Assembly (NCBI RefSeq): GCF_006345805.1
Contig: NC_043000.1
Span: forward strand, 116,684,001 to 116,748,000
Origin: Octopus sinensis
Lineage: Eukaryota
Length of the DNA stretch: 64,000 bases
Direction of reading: 5' to 3'
Below the pieces are notes generated by a model that had not been told where the DNA came from, searched no databases, and saw only the letters and a list, made by a program, of their open reading frames with translations. The number at the start of each line of letters is the position of its first letter. Positions within the stretch are counted from its first letter, which is position 1. The translations under genes were made by a program, and so were the position numbers. Shown here in pieces: positions 1 to 11,054 of this stretch.

Positions 1-139
1 ATGGCTTACTATTTGTTAATCTTATCAAAATGTCTCTAGAGTTTTGAGCGAACATTTAAGTAGATAGATGCGATCGGTTTTCCTTCTACTATGACAGTTT
101 CTAACGTTGGCATCATGGCAACGGTTAGGAGGAGGTGAA

Positions 140-1175
140 TTGGCAAATGCTGGTCCGTTATTTTATCGAGCGGGAAACCTAAGTCAACTGTGACCTCTGC
201 AAGATTCGAAGTCGGAACGCAAAGGACGGTAACAAAGACCGAAAAATCATTTGCCCAACGCTCTAATTAATCAGCCAATAGTTATGATAACGAGTATGAG
301 AATACGAGGAGGGGTGTAGTCGATTACATAGATCCCAGTGTTCTATTAGCAGTTATTTTATCGACCCCATACGAGTGAAAAGTAAAGCCGACCTCGGTGG
401 AATTTGAACACAGGGCGTAAAAACAGACGACATACCGCCAAATATGTATTCCGCTATGCTTACGGTTCACTCAGCTCGCCACCTTAAATAATATTGTTTA
501 CAAATTTTGGCACAAGGCCAGCAATTTCGAAGGAGTGGTAAGTCGATTACATCGACCCTAGTGTTCTACTGTTACTTACTTTATCAACCCTGAAAGGGTG
601 AAAGGCAAAGTCGACCCCGGCGTCATTTGAACTCAGAACGAAAAGGCGTGCGAAATGACGCCAAGCAATTTTTCCCTTGGGCTAACAATTCTACCAAGTT
701 ACTGCTTTAATAATATTAATAATTATTTCTATTCTACGCACAAGGCTTTGAAAATTTTGGGGGTAAGGGAGCTAGTCGATTACATCGACCCTGGTGCGTA
801 ACTGGTATTTATTTCTCCGACTCCGAAAGAATGGAAGCAAAGTCGACCCCGGCGTCATTTGAACTCAGAACGAAAAGGCGTGCGAAATGACGCCAAGCAA
901 TTTTTCCCTTGGGCTAACAATTCTACCAAGTTACTGCTTTAATAATATTAATAATTATTTCTATTCTACGCACAAGGCTTTGAAAATTTTGGGGGTAAGG
1001 GAGCTAGTCGATTACATCGACCCTGGTGCGTAACTGGTATTTATTTCTCCGACTCCGAAAGAATGGAAGCAAAGTCGACCTCGGCGGAATTTGAACTCAG
1101 AACGTAGCGGCAGACGAAATAGGGCCAAGCATTTCGCTCGGCGTGATAATGATTCTACTAGCTCGCCTCCCTTAA
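140..1175 (-). mobile_element. Head-to-tail array of about 5-6 SINE copies (family S2)
   Basis: Repeated reverse-complement matches to the + strand copy at 2341-2570 (gttctgagttcaaattccgccgaggtcgactttgcctttcatcc...ggggtcgatgtaatcgact), spaced about 190-230 bp apart. Confidence 0.85.
605..1080. repeat. Exact 232-bp tandem duplication
   Basis: gcaaagtcgacc recurs at 605, 837 and 1069; 605-836 and 837-1068 look identical by eye. Confidence 0.93.
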
Positions 1176-2023
1176 TAAAATTAATAATACTACGTGTCGC
1201 TTGAGGTGGAGGTTGTAGTGGATAGATCTATTCGGAATGGCACATGTTTGTAACTCACCTGTCGACGAGAGGCATCAAGCTCTTAGTAAAGTGCTTCAAC
1301 TCTGCATTTAGCTGAGTTATGTGCCTGGAATTGTTTAAATTATCCCCGCCCCTGTTTGTATCGTTTCGCAGATGAACCACCACCTCTCTTGTACCTCGTG
1401 AAAAGTTAGTCAATAAGCCTGGTATACGAAGATATGGCTCGCCGTGCAGACCATCCAGCCTCGGTGACTCTCTCTTCTAATCAGCTATCGCTTCTCGAAT
1501 TTTAGCAGTTATGATCATCCTTTCACAGAACTTCGCATCTCTAACTGAGAGCTATGAATGTCATTAAATCATGCTGCAAAGTCGACCTACACCAGTCTCC
1601 GACTTGCTATCTCCGCCAAACAGTTGAGGTGCAACACTTCTCTGCTTCGAATCAAGTAGCGCACTTTCTATTAAAGACTAAATTGTAGCTACCTTTTACC
1701 AACGCTGCACTTCTACTAATTTATGCAGATCCACTCTTTATTGGTACAAATATTTAAACTTATATCTACTGAAAATTATGATGACCTAAAAAGAAGGGCC
1801 ATGCATTGATATCTCAGATTCCGCAAATAGGTAATAAATAAATAAATAAATAAACAAGTAAGTAAATAAGTGAAAAATACTGCAAGAGAACAATGCATTT
1901 TTTTTATCACAAGAATAGTTTACAAACCAGTCTAACTACCAAGCAGAAAAAAAAAACGACTAACACCGTGCGCATAAAATATCTAGACACACACACACAT
2001 ATAAATATATATATATATATTAT

Positions 2024-2299
2024 TTGTTGCAGTCATTTGATTGCGACCATGCTGCAGCACTGCCTTTAGTCGAACGAATCGACCCTAGGACTTCTTCTTT
2101 GTAAGCCTAATAATTATTCTATCGGTCTTATGCCGAACCGCTAAGGAGACACAGCAACATCGGTTGTCAAGCGATGGAGGGGGGACAAACACAGACACAT
2201 ATATACATACACACACATATCTATATATCTATCTAAATATATATTTCACTCACAAGGCCTTGGTTGGCCCAAGGCTATAGTAGAAGACACTTGTCCAAG
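2024..2299 (-). mobile_element. SINE family S1, partial
   Basis: Reverse complement of the S1 body and tail (compare 8865-9282). Confidence 0.85.
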
Positions 2300-2340
2300 A
2301 AAATAATCTAATATTGTGGTATATATATATATCATGGAAA

Positions 2341-2570
2341 GGCGGCGAGCTGGCAGAAACGTTAGCACGCCGGGTGAAATGCGTAGCCGTATTTCAGCTG
2401 CCGTTACGTTCTGAGTTCAAATTCCGCCGAGGTTGACTTTGCGTTTCATCCCTTCAGGGTTGATAAATTAAGTACCAGTTACGCACTGCAGTCGATGTAA
2501 TCGACTTAATCCGTTTGTGTGTCCTTGTTTGTTACCTCTGTGTTTAGCCCTTTTTGGGTAGTAAAGAAAC
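2341..2570 (+). mobile_element. SINE family S2, full monomer
   Basis: Head ggcggcgagctggcagaaacgttagc, B-box-like gagttcaaattcc, central gactttgcgtttcatccc...gataaattaagtaccag, tail gtaaagaaa. Confidence 0.88.
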
Positions 2571-2577
2571 AAGTATA

Positions 2578-2698
2578 TAAGCCCTGGACTGAGGGAAGTG
2601 GGTTTTCCGTACACATGGGATACTTATCTCGAATATAAGACATGTAGTTTCACGTCTCATGCGTACGGAAAATCTACTTGTTTCCGTTGAGGTCTTAC
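2578..2698. mobile_element. Old MITE-like inverted repeat
   Basis: aagtgggttttccgtacacatggga pairs imperfectly with tctcatgcgtacggaaaatctactt. Confidence 0.5.
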
Positions 2699-3602
2699 AT
2701 GTTCCACCATTAGACTATTTTCTTTAGTTAATACACAGTGATCTCTTATTAGCTTTAAGCTTATAAAATATTATTATTATTAACAGAATTATCACCCTTC
2801 ACCGCTTCTGAATTCATAAAGAAAAAAAAAACGCACGTACACACACACACAAAGACACACGCACATAAATTTAGTGAGAAGTGAAGAAGCACTAAACGTA
2901 CATTGAACCAAGAAACGAAACAGGTTCAAAAGTAGATACGATGATTCTATATCACCGCATAATATCTTTTATAGTGATGGAGGATTGGCATGCATGAGAG
3001 TCTATCAGAAGAAAACTAACTAATGTAGTGCATTTACATTAAATATATCCTCAGCATACTTAGGAAAACCTAATTTGAATTTAGTCTTGTGAATAACAAT
3101 GAAAATATTATGTGTTCTGTAAAGAAAGATAACATCTTTAGAGAAAGCGAATAAACACAAAAACAGAGAGAAACAAACTCGCATATACTCACACATATGA
3201 ACTCGAGTATTTTTTTATAGAACATGAATTTGAAGCTTTGCATAAAGTGTATTTTAAATTGCCTTGGGAGAGTGGTTGTGACTATTATACTGGAATAATA
3301 CAAGAATAAAAGATGGAAACAATTGTTGTAATGGATAGACTAGTATTATTGGTAAAGAATTACAAACATATATACTTACGTACTTATATACAAGAATAGA
3401 TGTTTGTGTAAAGGGTGTGTGTGTTTGTCTTTATGTCGAGTTACGCATAAAAACAATTTAATATTAAAAGAAATACTCAATAGTTTTTTGCAGTATACAT
3501 ACTTATAAAACTTTTCCATAGACAGGTGTGCCAGAAAGTTCGGATATGCGGCCTGACAGGCTTAATTTGTCTATGTACATACGCATAATTTAATACAAAC
3601 AT

Positions 3603-3962
3603 GGAGGCGCAATGGCCCAGTGGTTAGGGCAACGGACTCGCGGTCGTAGGAACGCGGTTTCGATTCCCAGACGGGCGATGTGAGTGTTTATTGACGGAAA
3701 ACACCTGAAGCTCCACATGGCTCCTGTAGTGGGTGGTGGCAAACCCTGTTGTACTCTTTCACCACCACGTTCTCTCACTCTTTCTTCCTGTTTCTCTTGT
3801 ACCTGTATTTCAAAGGTCCAGCCTTGTCACACTCTGTGTCACGCTGAATCTCCCCGAGAACTACGTTAAGGATACCCTTGTCTGTGGAGTGCTCAGCCAC
3901 TTTCACGTTAATTTCACGATCAGGCTGTTCCGCTGATCGGATCAACTGGAACCCTCGTCACC
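3603..3962 (+). mobile_element. tRNA-derived SINE family S3
   Basis: Head ggaggcgcaatggcccagtggttagggc (A box) and ggtttcgattccc (B box); related copies at 4359, 20998 and 58730. Confidence 0.88.
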
Positions 3963-4014
3963 ATAAAATCATACATACATACAAACACACACGGACACAC
4001 ACACAAACATATTC

Positions 4015-4230
4015 CTTTATTCTTTTACTTCTTTCATTTATTTGACTGTGGTCATGCTGTAGCACCGCTTTCAATCGAAACATCGACACTCGAACTTATT
4101 CTTTGTAAGACTAGTACATATTCTATCGATGTCTTGTGCCGAACCGCTAAGTTATGGGGATGTAAACACACCAACATCTGTTGTCAAGCGATGGTGGTGC
4201 AGGAACAAACTCAGATACAAATACATACAC
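4015..4230 (-). mobile_element. SINE family S1, 3' half
   Basis: Reverse complement of the S1 tail and body. Confidence 0.8.
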
Positions 4231-4358
4231 ACACACACACACATATATATATGTATATATATATAATATGAGGGAATATTATTCCAAACTTACAGGGAAA
4301 AATTCAATTTAGAAATACTAAATCAAATTTCACAAAATATAATATATATATATATATA

Positions 4359-4612
4359 TCACGTGACCGACCAGTCCATCAGATGTAGTTACACATCGCT
4401 GGTCACAATGCGTTCGCATTGTTTTAGCCTTCAAATGACGCCATCCCGCTGGCTAAGCGAACAGGCCAACAGAAGAAAGAGTGGGAGATAGAGTGGTGAA
4501 ATAGTACAGCAGGGACCTCCCCCCTGCTGGAGCCTCGTGGAGCTTTTAGGTGTTTTCGCTCAATAAACACTCACAACGCCCGGTCTGGGAATCGTCCGCT
4601 GCCCTAACCACT
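4359..4612 (-). mobile_element. SINE family S3
   Basis: Reverse complement of 20998-21293. Confidence 0.87.
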
Positions 4613-4615
4613 TTC

Positions 4616-4682
<67 letters not shown>

Positions 4683-4685
<3 letters not shown>

Positions 4686-5265
4686 ATTTACAGGGCAAGA
4701 CTGCTAGGTAGTCTGCCGCATGCTAGAAATAGATCATCAACGATCAAACTACAAAGAAAGTTCTCTAGAGGAAAGATTCAGCGAACACCAGAACCAAATT
4801 TGGCGGGCAGGACAGATGAAAATTTATATAAAAAACAGAATTAATTGCATACCTCGGTTTCGGCCTTTAACAAAATAATTACTTACATAATTCAAATGTC
4901 CGTGGCTTCATCAGTACAATCGCTCAGTGTAAATGCAATCTCCAAACTAACCCCAGCTTTCTGTGCCAAAACAGACACGTGTTTAGTTTTACCGATTATT
5001 TTCAAATGTCTTAGTTCCGGCGCGCTAAAAAATTCCTGAAGCGAAGAACTGCAGTACATAATTCACTGCTGTTAGTGCTTGCTACTAGAGAACGTATTAA
5101 TTTCAATATTTAAATAATGAGGGAAATAAATTAATATTAATTTTAATATCAATTTAAAACCAGTAGTCTAGCGTACAAAAAATCTGAAAAATCAGAGAAC
5201 ATTCTAATACATGTGTATATTTACAGGGCAAGACTGCTAGGTAGTCTGCCGCATGCTAGAAATAG
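4683..5265 (-). mobile_element. Non-autonomous HHR-bearing Penelope-like/retrozyme element, partial tandem
   Basis: 50-bp direct repeat (4683-4732 = 5216-5265, period 533); HHR at 4844-4920; homologous copy in the opposite orientation at 48938-49225. Confidence 0.7.
4844..4920 (-). ncRNA. Type I hammerhead ribozyme motif
   Basis: Minus strand: auugua-CUGAUGA-aGCC-[long loop]-GGCc-GAAA-ccgag-GUA-ugcaau. Stem I is 6 bp with one GU; stem II has 3 GC pairs after an A.C mismatch; stem III ACCGAGGU is near-palindromic. Confidence 0.75.
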
Positions 5266-5271
5266 CACCTG

Positions 5272-5609
5272 TCTAACACCCGTAGACATGTTTACAAAGT
5301 CAGAAAACAGCACAGCTCCCATGACTTTGGGAAACATTTTTTCACGATAAGATTTGCTGAAGCATGGAACAAACTGTTGGCATCAGTTGATAGTTGTCAG
5401 AGCACTGCATCCTTCAACACTTCCATGCTTCCTGAGATTTGCCAACACTACACCTGATTTTCTCCCCTCCATACACACACAAATATGTATCTGACTCATA
5501 CACTGTTTACTTTCCAGACATTTGTACATCACTGTATAGTCTTTATATGCACTTTTGACAAGTTGTGGTGCACCTGAGCACTGTATACAATAATTTCATT
5601 CTTCTTCTT

Positions 5610-5680
<71 letters not shown>
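5272..5680 (+). mobile_element. CR1-group LINE 3' end (ORF2 C-terminus, 3'UTR, (TTC)n(TTA)n tail)
   Basis: From 5272: SNTRRHVYKVRKQHSSHDFGKHFFTIRFAEAWNKLLASVDSCQSTASFN, stop at 5455-5457. This matches the CR1 terminal motif TRGH..K...RK.FF..RV...WN.LP. Confidence 0.8.
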
Positions 5681-5681
<1 letters not shown>

Positions 5682-5744
5682 CCATGAATGACGATGCCTT
5701 TCGTGTGACTTCAGCCAATAGACAAGCGCTGCATGAAGGACTGT

Positions 5745-6195
5745 TCTGCTTTTAGATAAATGAACTGCCATCGCAAAGGTCACACCCTGTTTACATGTAG
5801 GAACACCTTAATTTATATTGATAGATGTGTGAATGTTTTGTAACGATGCACTTTCTGTAACAACGAACCGTAGAATCAGACAGAAACTGCCACTTATCTA
5901 TCAATGACATTACAATCTGTTCTGTCTTCATAAAGTTCCCACGCTGTCTACATGTAGGAACATCTTAATTCATATTGAAAGCTGTGTTGATGTTACCTTA
6001 AGATGTACCCTTTACTTGTCTTTAACGGCGAAGGGAAAATAATCCATTTAAAAATCCTTTAATTTTCTTTCCCGCCCACACATCTGCACTGTCCTCATAA
6101 AGGTTACACGCTGTTTATGTGTAAGAACACTTTCTTAATTTACTTTGCTAGTTGAGTTGAAGTTTTTTAAAGATGTACTCTATAACAAATACACT
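5745..6195. repeat. Three diverged tandem units of about 160 bp
   Basis: aaagg/t..cac.ctgt.ta..tgta.gaaca..ttaatt...ttg recurs at 5775, 5932 and 6099. Confidence 0.65.
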
Positions 6196-7183
6196 GACTT
6201 CACGATTTGAAATTTTCATAACTTATTGGAATTTCCTAAAAACAAGATCCTATATCAGACGGTTCGGTATTCTCTGTAAATGCATAAAAATCGTTTCAAG
6301 GGCTACTTACTTTGTATTGTTACTGTTGGTTTAGCGAAACAGTTATGAGAATGGGACCAAGGGATAAACCCCGCTTTTCTGGGAATTCCCAAGTACGTCA
6401 GTTAGTAACCTATACAGAGAATTTTTTCTGAACTACAAAAATTCACAGCGGATGTCTTTTACGTTGTAGCGTGCAGAAACTTGTTTAAAATAAACAGACA
6501 AACCTATATTTTGGATTTTCACTGCTTCATATGTTTATATGAAAATATTTTTGTTCGTTTTTAATATATTCACAATTTCCCCGAAGTTCAATTAATTAAA
6601 TGTCATATTTTGTTTTGTTTTTTTATTCTGCACCATTAATATCCTGAAAAGTTTCCCAGTCAGTCGAAGGAACTTCTAGATATATTAAATGATTTTCTCT
6701 AGATGTGTTTTTACCGACACCTACGTATATTTCCCTATTCGAGCACATATTGTTTATAGCCATCTTACATCAATATTAATATTTCAATTGAAAACATTAT
6801 TTTTTTTTGTTTGCTTTTACTTTAACAATACTACTATTTCGCATATTGCAATTTCCTTTTAGTAACAACTGGTATTATTATTATCTATTGGTGTTTTCAC
6901 GTACATATACTTTATTGATTTCACTACATTATGTATAAGATTATATTAAATCCTTCGAGATCCTATTTTTACGCGTGTAGGATTTATTAAATTATTTTGT
7001 TTGCAGTCGAACCTAACGCTACGAATTTTATTTTTACCCAAAAGGAATTTCATCACTTTAGGAACAATACAATATCTTATAAAATTGATTTGCATTCCCT
7101 TGGACCTTTTAGTCGAAATTATATAAGCAAACCCATTTCAACTTATACATACACGTATATATTTATATGCATGAATCTATGGA

Positions 7184-7203
7184 CCTATCTATTTATCTGT
7201 CTG

Positions 7204-7286
<83 letters not shown>

Positions 7287-7287
7287 G

Positions 7288-7342
<55 letters not shown>

Positions 7343-7363
7343 GTCTGTCTGTCTGTCTATCTA

Positions 7364-7410
<47 letters not shown>

Positions 7411-7450
7411 GCCTGTCTGTCTGTCTGTCTGAATATCTGTTTGTCTGTTT
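7184..7450. repeat. (TCTA)n/(TCTG)n microsatellite
   Basis: Direct reading; representative of dozens of TA, TG, TCTA, TATG, GA and TAA tracts in the window. Confidence 0.97.
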
Positions 7451-7708
7451 CTATGAGTATACACACACACACACAAACACCCACCCACCCCCTCATTCAC
7501 AGGAGTGTGGAGAAATGAAAATATGTGTCACTCAATACATTTAGTAGGAGTTACATATATTATTTACTAACAATTTGATTCGGCTTCATGCACCTTAAGG
7601 TTTCGTAGATCCGTCAAACGAATTTCGGGCCTACAATTTTTTTACGTTGCGTGGAGACGAAAAAATGTTATTAAATAATCTATCTATCTCTCTCTCTCTC
7701 TCTCTCTC

Positions 7709-7768
<60 letters not shown>

Positions 7769-7771
<3 letters not shown>

Positions 7772-7978
7772 ACCGCGGTGTGTACCGTTGGCAATTCTTT
7801 TTCTTCCGTCTTCCATTCCTTGGATCTTCTTTTCCTATGTTTCTGACGAGAGCTCCGCTCGAAACGTGAAACCTTCCTTCTTTCCTTCCTTTCCTGAGCG
7901 TCCAATAATACTATACTTGTTCCACGTCCTCGCGTGGTTGTGTTTTCTCTTTGTGTTTTCATGTTTGGATTAACGTTA
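7769..7978 (+). mobile_element. Short HHR-bearing element inserted in (TA)n
   Basis: 210-bp island between TA tracts, homologous to 51670-51812 and in part to 56354-56460. Confidence 0.7.
7839..7872 (+). ncRNA. Minimal hammerhead motif, probably inactive (GUG triplet)
   Basis: guuu-CUGACGA-GAGC-ucc-GCUC-GAAA-c-GUG-aaac. Stems I and II are perfect; stem III is only the ACGU palindrome. Confidence 0.65.
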
Positions 7979-7994
7979 TATATGTATATCATAT

Positions 7995-8028
<34 letters not shown>

Positions 8029-8109
8029 ATATTATATATCCAACCATACATACATATATACATCCATCCATCCACACTACATACATACATACATACATAC
8101 ATACAAAGT

Positions 8110-8783
8110 GAGGATGACCTCCCTTTGCAAATAACACAAGGGCACTGAGATAGTGTCTAAAGTCCTTCTGGTGACGTTGATCGCCTGGGGCTAAAAGCAT
8201 CAGACGATCAACGTCACCAGAAGGACTTTAGACACTATCTCAGTGCCCTTGTGTTATTTGCAAAGGGAGGTCATCCTCCCTCGAAGACCCGAGTACTACA
8301 TACGGACTATAGTTTCAAGGTAATTGCCTCTCGTCAACGCATGGTAAGCACCGGTCTTCGATGAAGGTGTCCCCTTGCAAATAATATATAACGTTTTTCA
8401 CAGCAACCACTGTCACTGATGTAGAAAAATTGTCTGAAAACAATAATAAATCTCTGAACGAGATATAAACAGTAACCGCTCGACAACGTAAGGGGTATTA
8501 GCCATCTGAATGTGGCTAGCCACTGGGGGGCGTTGACGAGAGGCAAATACCTTGAAACCATAGTCCGTATGTAGTACTCGGGTCTTCGAGGGAGGATGAC
8601 CTCCCTTTGCAAATAACACAGGGGCACTGAGATAGTGTCTAAAGTCCTTCTGGTGACGTTGATCGCCTGGGGCTAAACGCATCAGTAACACCCCCCCCAC
8701 CCCAGTGGCTAGCCACATTCAGATGGCTAATACCCCTACGTTGTCGAGCGGTTACTGTTTATATCTCGTTCAGAGATTTTATT
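8110..8783. repeat. Interleaved inverted/direct duplication (A B A' C' D E C A B E')
   Basis: A 8110-8183 and A' 8205-8278 are perfect 74-bp arms; 8205-8340 is inverted at 8530-8665; about 8447-8528 is inverted at 8700-8779. Confidence 0.92.
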
Positions 8784-8822
8784 ATATATATTATATATAT
8801 ATATATATATCTATATATATAG

Positions 8823-8855
<33 letters not shown>

Positions 8856-8864
8856 ATCAATATA

Positions 8865-9282
8865 GGCGCAGGAGTGGCTGTGTGGTAAGTAGCTTGCTAA
8901 CCAACCACATGGTTCCAGGTTCAGTCCCACTGCGTGGCATCTTGGGCAAGTGTCTTCTGCTATAGCCCTGGGCCGACCAATGCCTTGTGAGTGGATTTGG
9001 TAGACGGAAACTGAAAGAAGCCTGTCGTATATATGTATATATATATGTATGTGTGTGTATGTGTTTGTGTGTCTGTGATTGTCTCACTAGCATTGCTTGA
9101 CAACCGATGCTGGTGTGTTTACGTCCCCGCCACTTAGCGGTTCGGCAAAAGAGACCGATAGAATAAGTACTGGGCTTACAAAGAATAAGTCCCGGGGTCG
9201 ATTTGCTCAACTAAAGGCGGTGCTCCAGCATGGCCGCAGTCAAATGACTGAAAAAGTAAATGAGTAAAATGAGTAATGAGTA
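8865..9282 (+). mobile_element. tRNA-derived SINE family S1 (CORE-like), full length
   Basis: A box gtggctgtgtgg, B box ggttcagtccc, CORE-like cttgggcaagtgtcttct, internal TA/TG microsatellite, tail ggcggtgctccagcatggccgcagtcaaatgactgaaa plus short terminal repeats. Confidence 0.9.
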
Positions 9283-9356
9283 TAAGGGTAGCAAAAAATT
9301 CAAGAAAAATTTATCGCCACAAGCGGTCTAGTGAGAAAGAAAAAATAGTCACAGAC

Positions 9357-9540
9357 TATATATATATAATTTCAACAATATTAAGGAATGGCCCTGATAG
9401 GCCATTCGACTCACCAGAAAGAGCAGCCAAACTCAAACCGCTAAATAGCTATTTAGCGGTTTGAGTTTGGCTGCTCTTTCTGGTGAGTCGAATGGCCTAT
9501 CAGGGCCATTCCTTAATATTGTTGAAATTATATATATATA
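9357..9540. repeat. Perfect 184-bp spacerless palindrome
   Basis: Symmetry centre between 9448 and 9449 (aaatag|ctattt); arms match out to 9357 and 9540. Confidence 0.95.
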
Positions 9541-10146
9541 TTGTATATTGTATATTGAGAGAGAGAGAGAGAGAAGAGAGAGGAGAGGGAGGAGGGGAGA
9601 GAGAGAGAGAGAGAGGAGAGGAGAGAGAGAGGAGAGAGGAGAGAGGAGGGAGGAGAGGAGAGAGAGAGAGCGAGATGAGAGTGAGAGAGAGAGAGAGGAG
9701 AGAGAGAGAGGAGAGGAGGAGAGAGAGGAGAGCGAGAGAGGAGGGAAGAGAGAGAGGAGAGAGAGAGAGGAAAGGAATGAGAGCTCAAAATACATCAGGA
9801 AAAGACAATCTGTTATGACCTGCTATACCGATGGAACTGCTAGCAATTCGTTGCTCATATTTCATCTGATATCTGATAAGATATTTAAGTTCAAGGACAT
9901 TTAAGCTCTCTGTCATTTTTCCTTCACTATTCACGCTGTGTAGTTTTAGTTAAATTAAATTTTTCAATTTGTCTATCCAGCAAAACCTGGCAAACAAAAA
10001 GAAGTCCCAGGCTAAATAAGGGAAGACATTTTTGTCTTATAATCTAAAAGTTGCACTGATGCACCGACCAAGTCAAGTATTATATTTAAGACAGATCTGG
10101 ATACGTCTGGTTTTGCCCACTGCCAGAACGAAGAGTGAACACGTAT

Positions 10147-10350
10147 TGGCTTCAAATTTTAACACGAGGTCAGCAATTATGTGTGGGGGGCGTACATTGA
10201 CTCAACTGATAAACTGGTACTTATTTCATCGAACCCTCAAGTTTGAAAGGTAAAGTCAATGTTAGCGGATTTTGAACTGAGAGGGTAAAAGGACAAAATA
10301 TTGCAGAGCATTTTTCCCGGCGCGTTAACGGTTCCGCCAGCTCGCCTTCA
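10147..10350 (-). mobile_element. SINE family S2, diverged
   Basis: Reverse-complement similarity ending gccagctcgcc. Confidence 0.75.
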
Positions 10351-10644
10351 CCTGAACAAATATTTCAAGCTCTTTTTTTTTTCTGACAGCCAACCATTTC
10401 CACCAATATATCGTGTTCCATTTGACAACGTACCATTGGAATAATTGATAAAATCACGCTTATATTAGAATTTTGTTCACAAGTTTTACACAAATTTCAC
10501 CCCGTGTATGTTATTGTATTGTTTTCAATTAGAACGTCACTGGAAATATGCATGTATGTATGTATGTATGTATGTATGTATGTATGTATGTATGTATGTA
10601 TGTATGTAGTGTGGATGGATGGATGTATATATGTATGTATGGTT

Positions 10645-10687
<43 letters not shown>

Positions 10688-10704
10688 TATATATATATAT
10701 ATAT

Positions 10705-10736
<32 letters not shown>

Positions 10737-10760
10737 ATATTATATATATATATACATATA

Positions 10761-10971
10761 TATAAATTAGAAAAAAACACCTTTTATCAATTCAATAATG
10801 AAAAATTAAATTATACCATTTAGTAAATAAACACATTTACTATTTTGCACATTACTTATCATTGTTATATGTTTTATCTTATATTTAATCTTTCTATAAT
10901 ATGTATTTTTTCTAAATGGTATAATTTAATTTTTGCATTATTGAATTGATAAAAGGTGTTTTTTTTTTCTA

Positions 10972-10978
<7 letters not shown>
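10761..10978. mobile_element. MITE-like foldback in (TA)n
   Basis: Arms of about 63 bp at 10761-10823 and 10912-10978, with few mismatches. Confidence 0.75.

Positions 10979-11054
<76 letters not shown>

Noticed and set aside
1200-1750. Higher-complexity segment as a LINE relic or exon (also 15720-16480 and 28100-28500)
   Set aside because: No motif or open frame that I can support by eye.
3603-3675. tRNA genes here and at other SINE heads
   Set aside because: No intact acceptor stem is evident, and each continues into a multicopy SINE body.
8410-8445. Hammerhead-like ctgatgt-aga...tct-gaaa
   Set aside because: Core mismatch at A9, and no stem I, stem III or NUH triplet.
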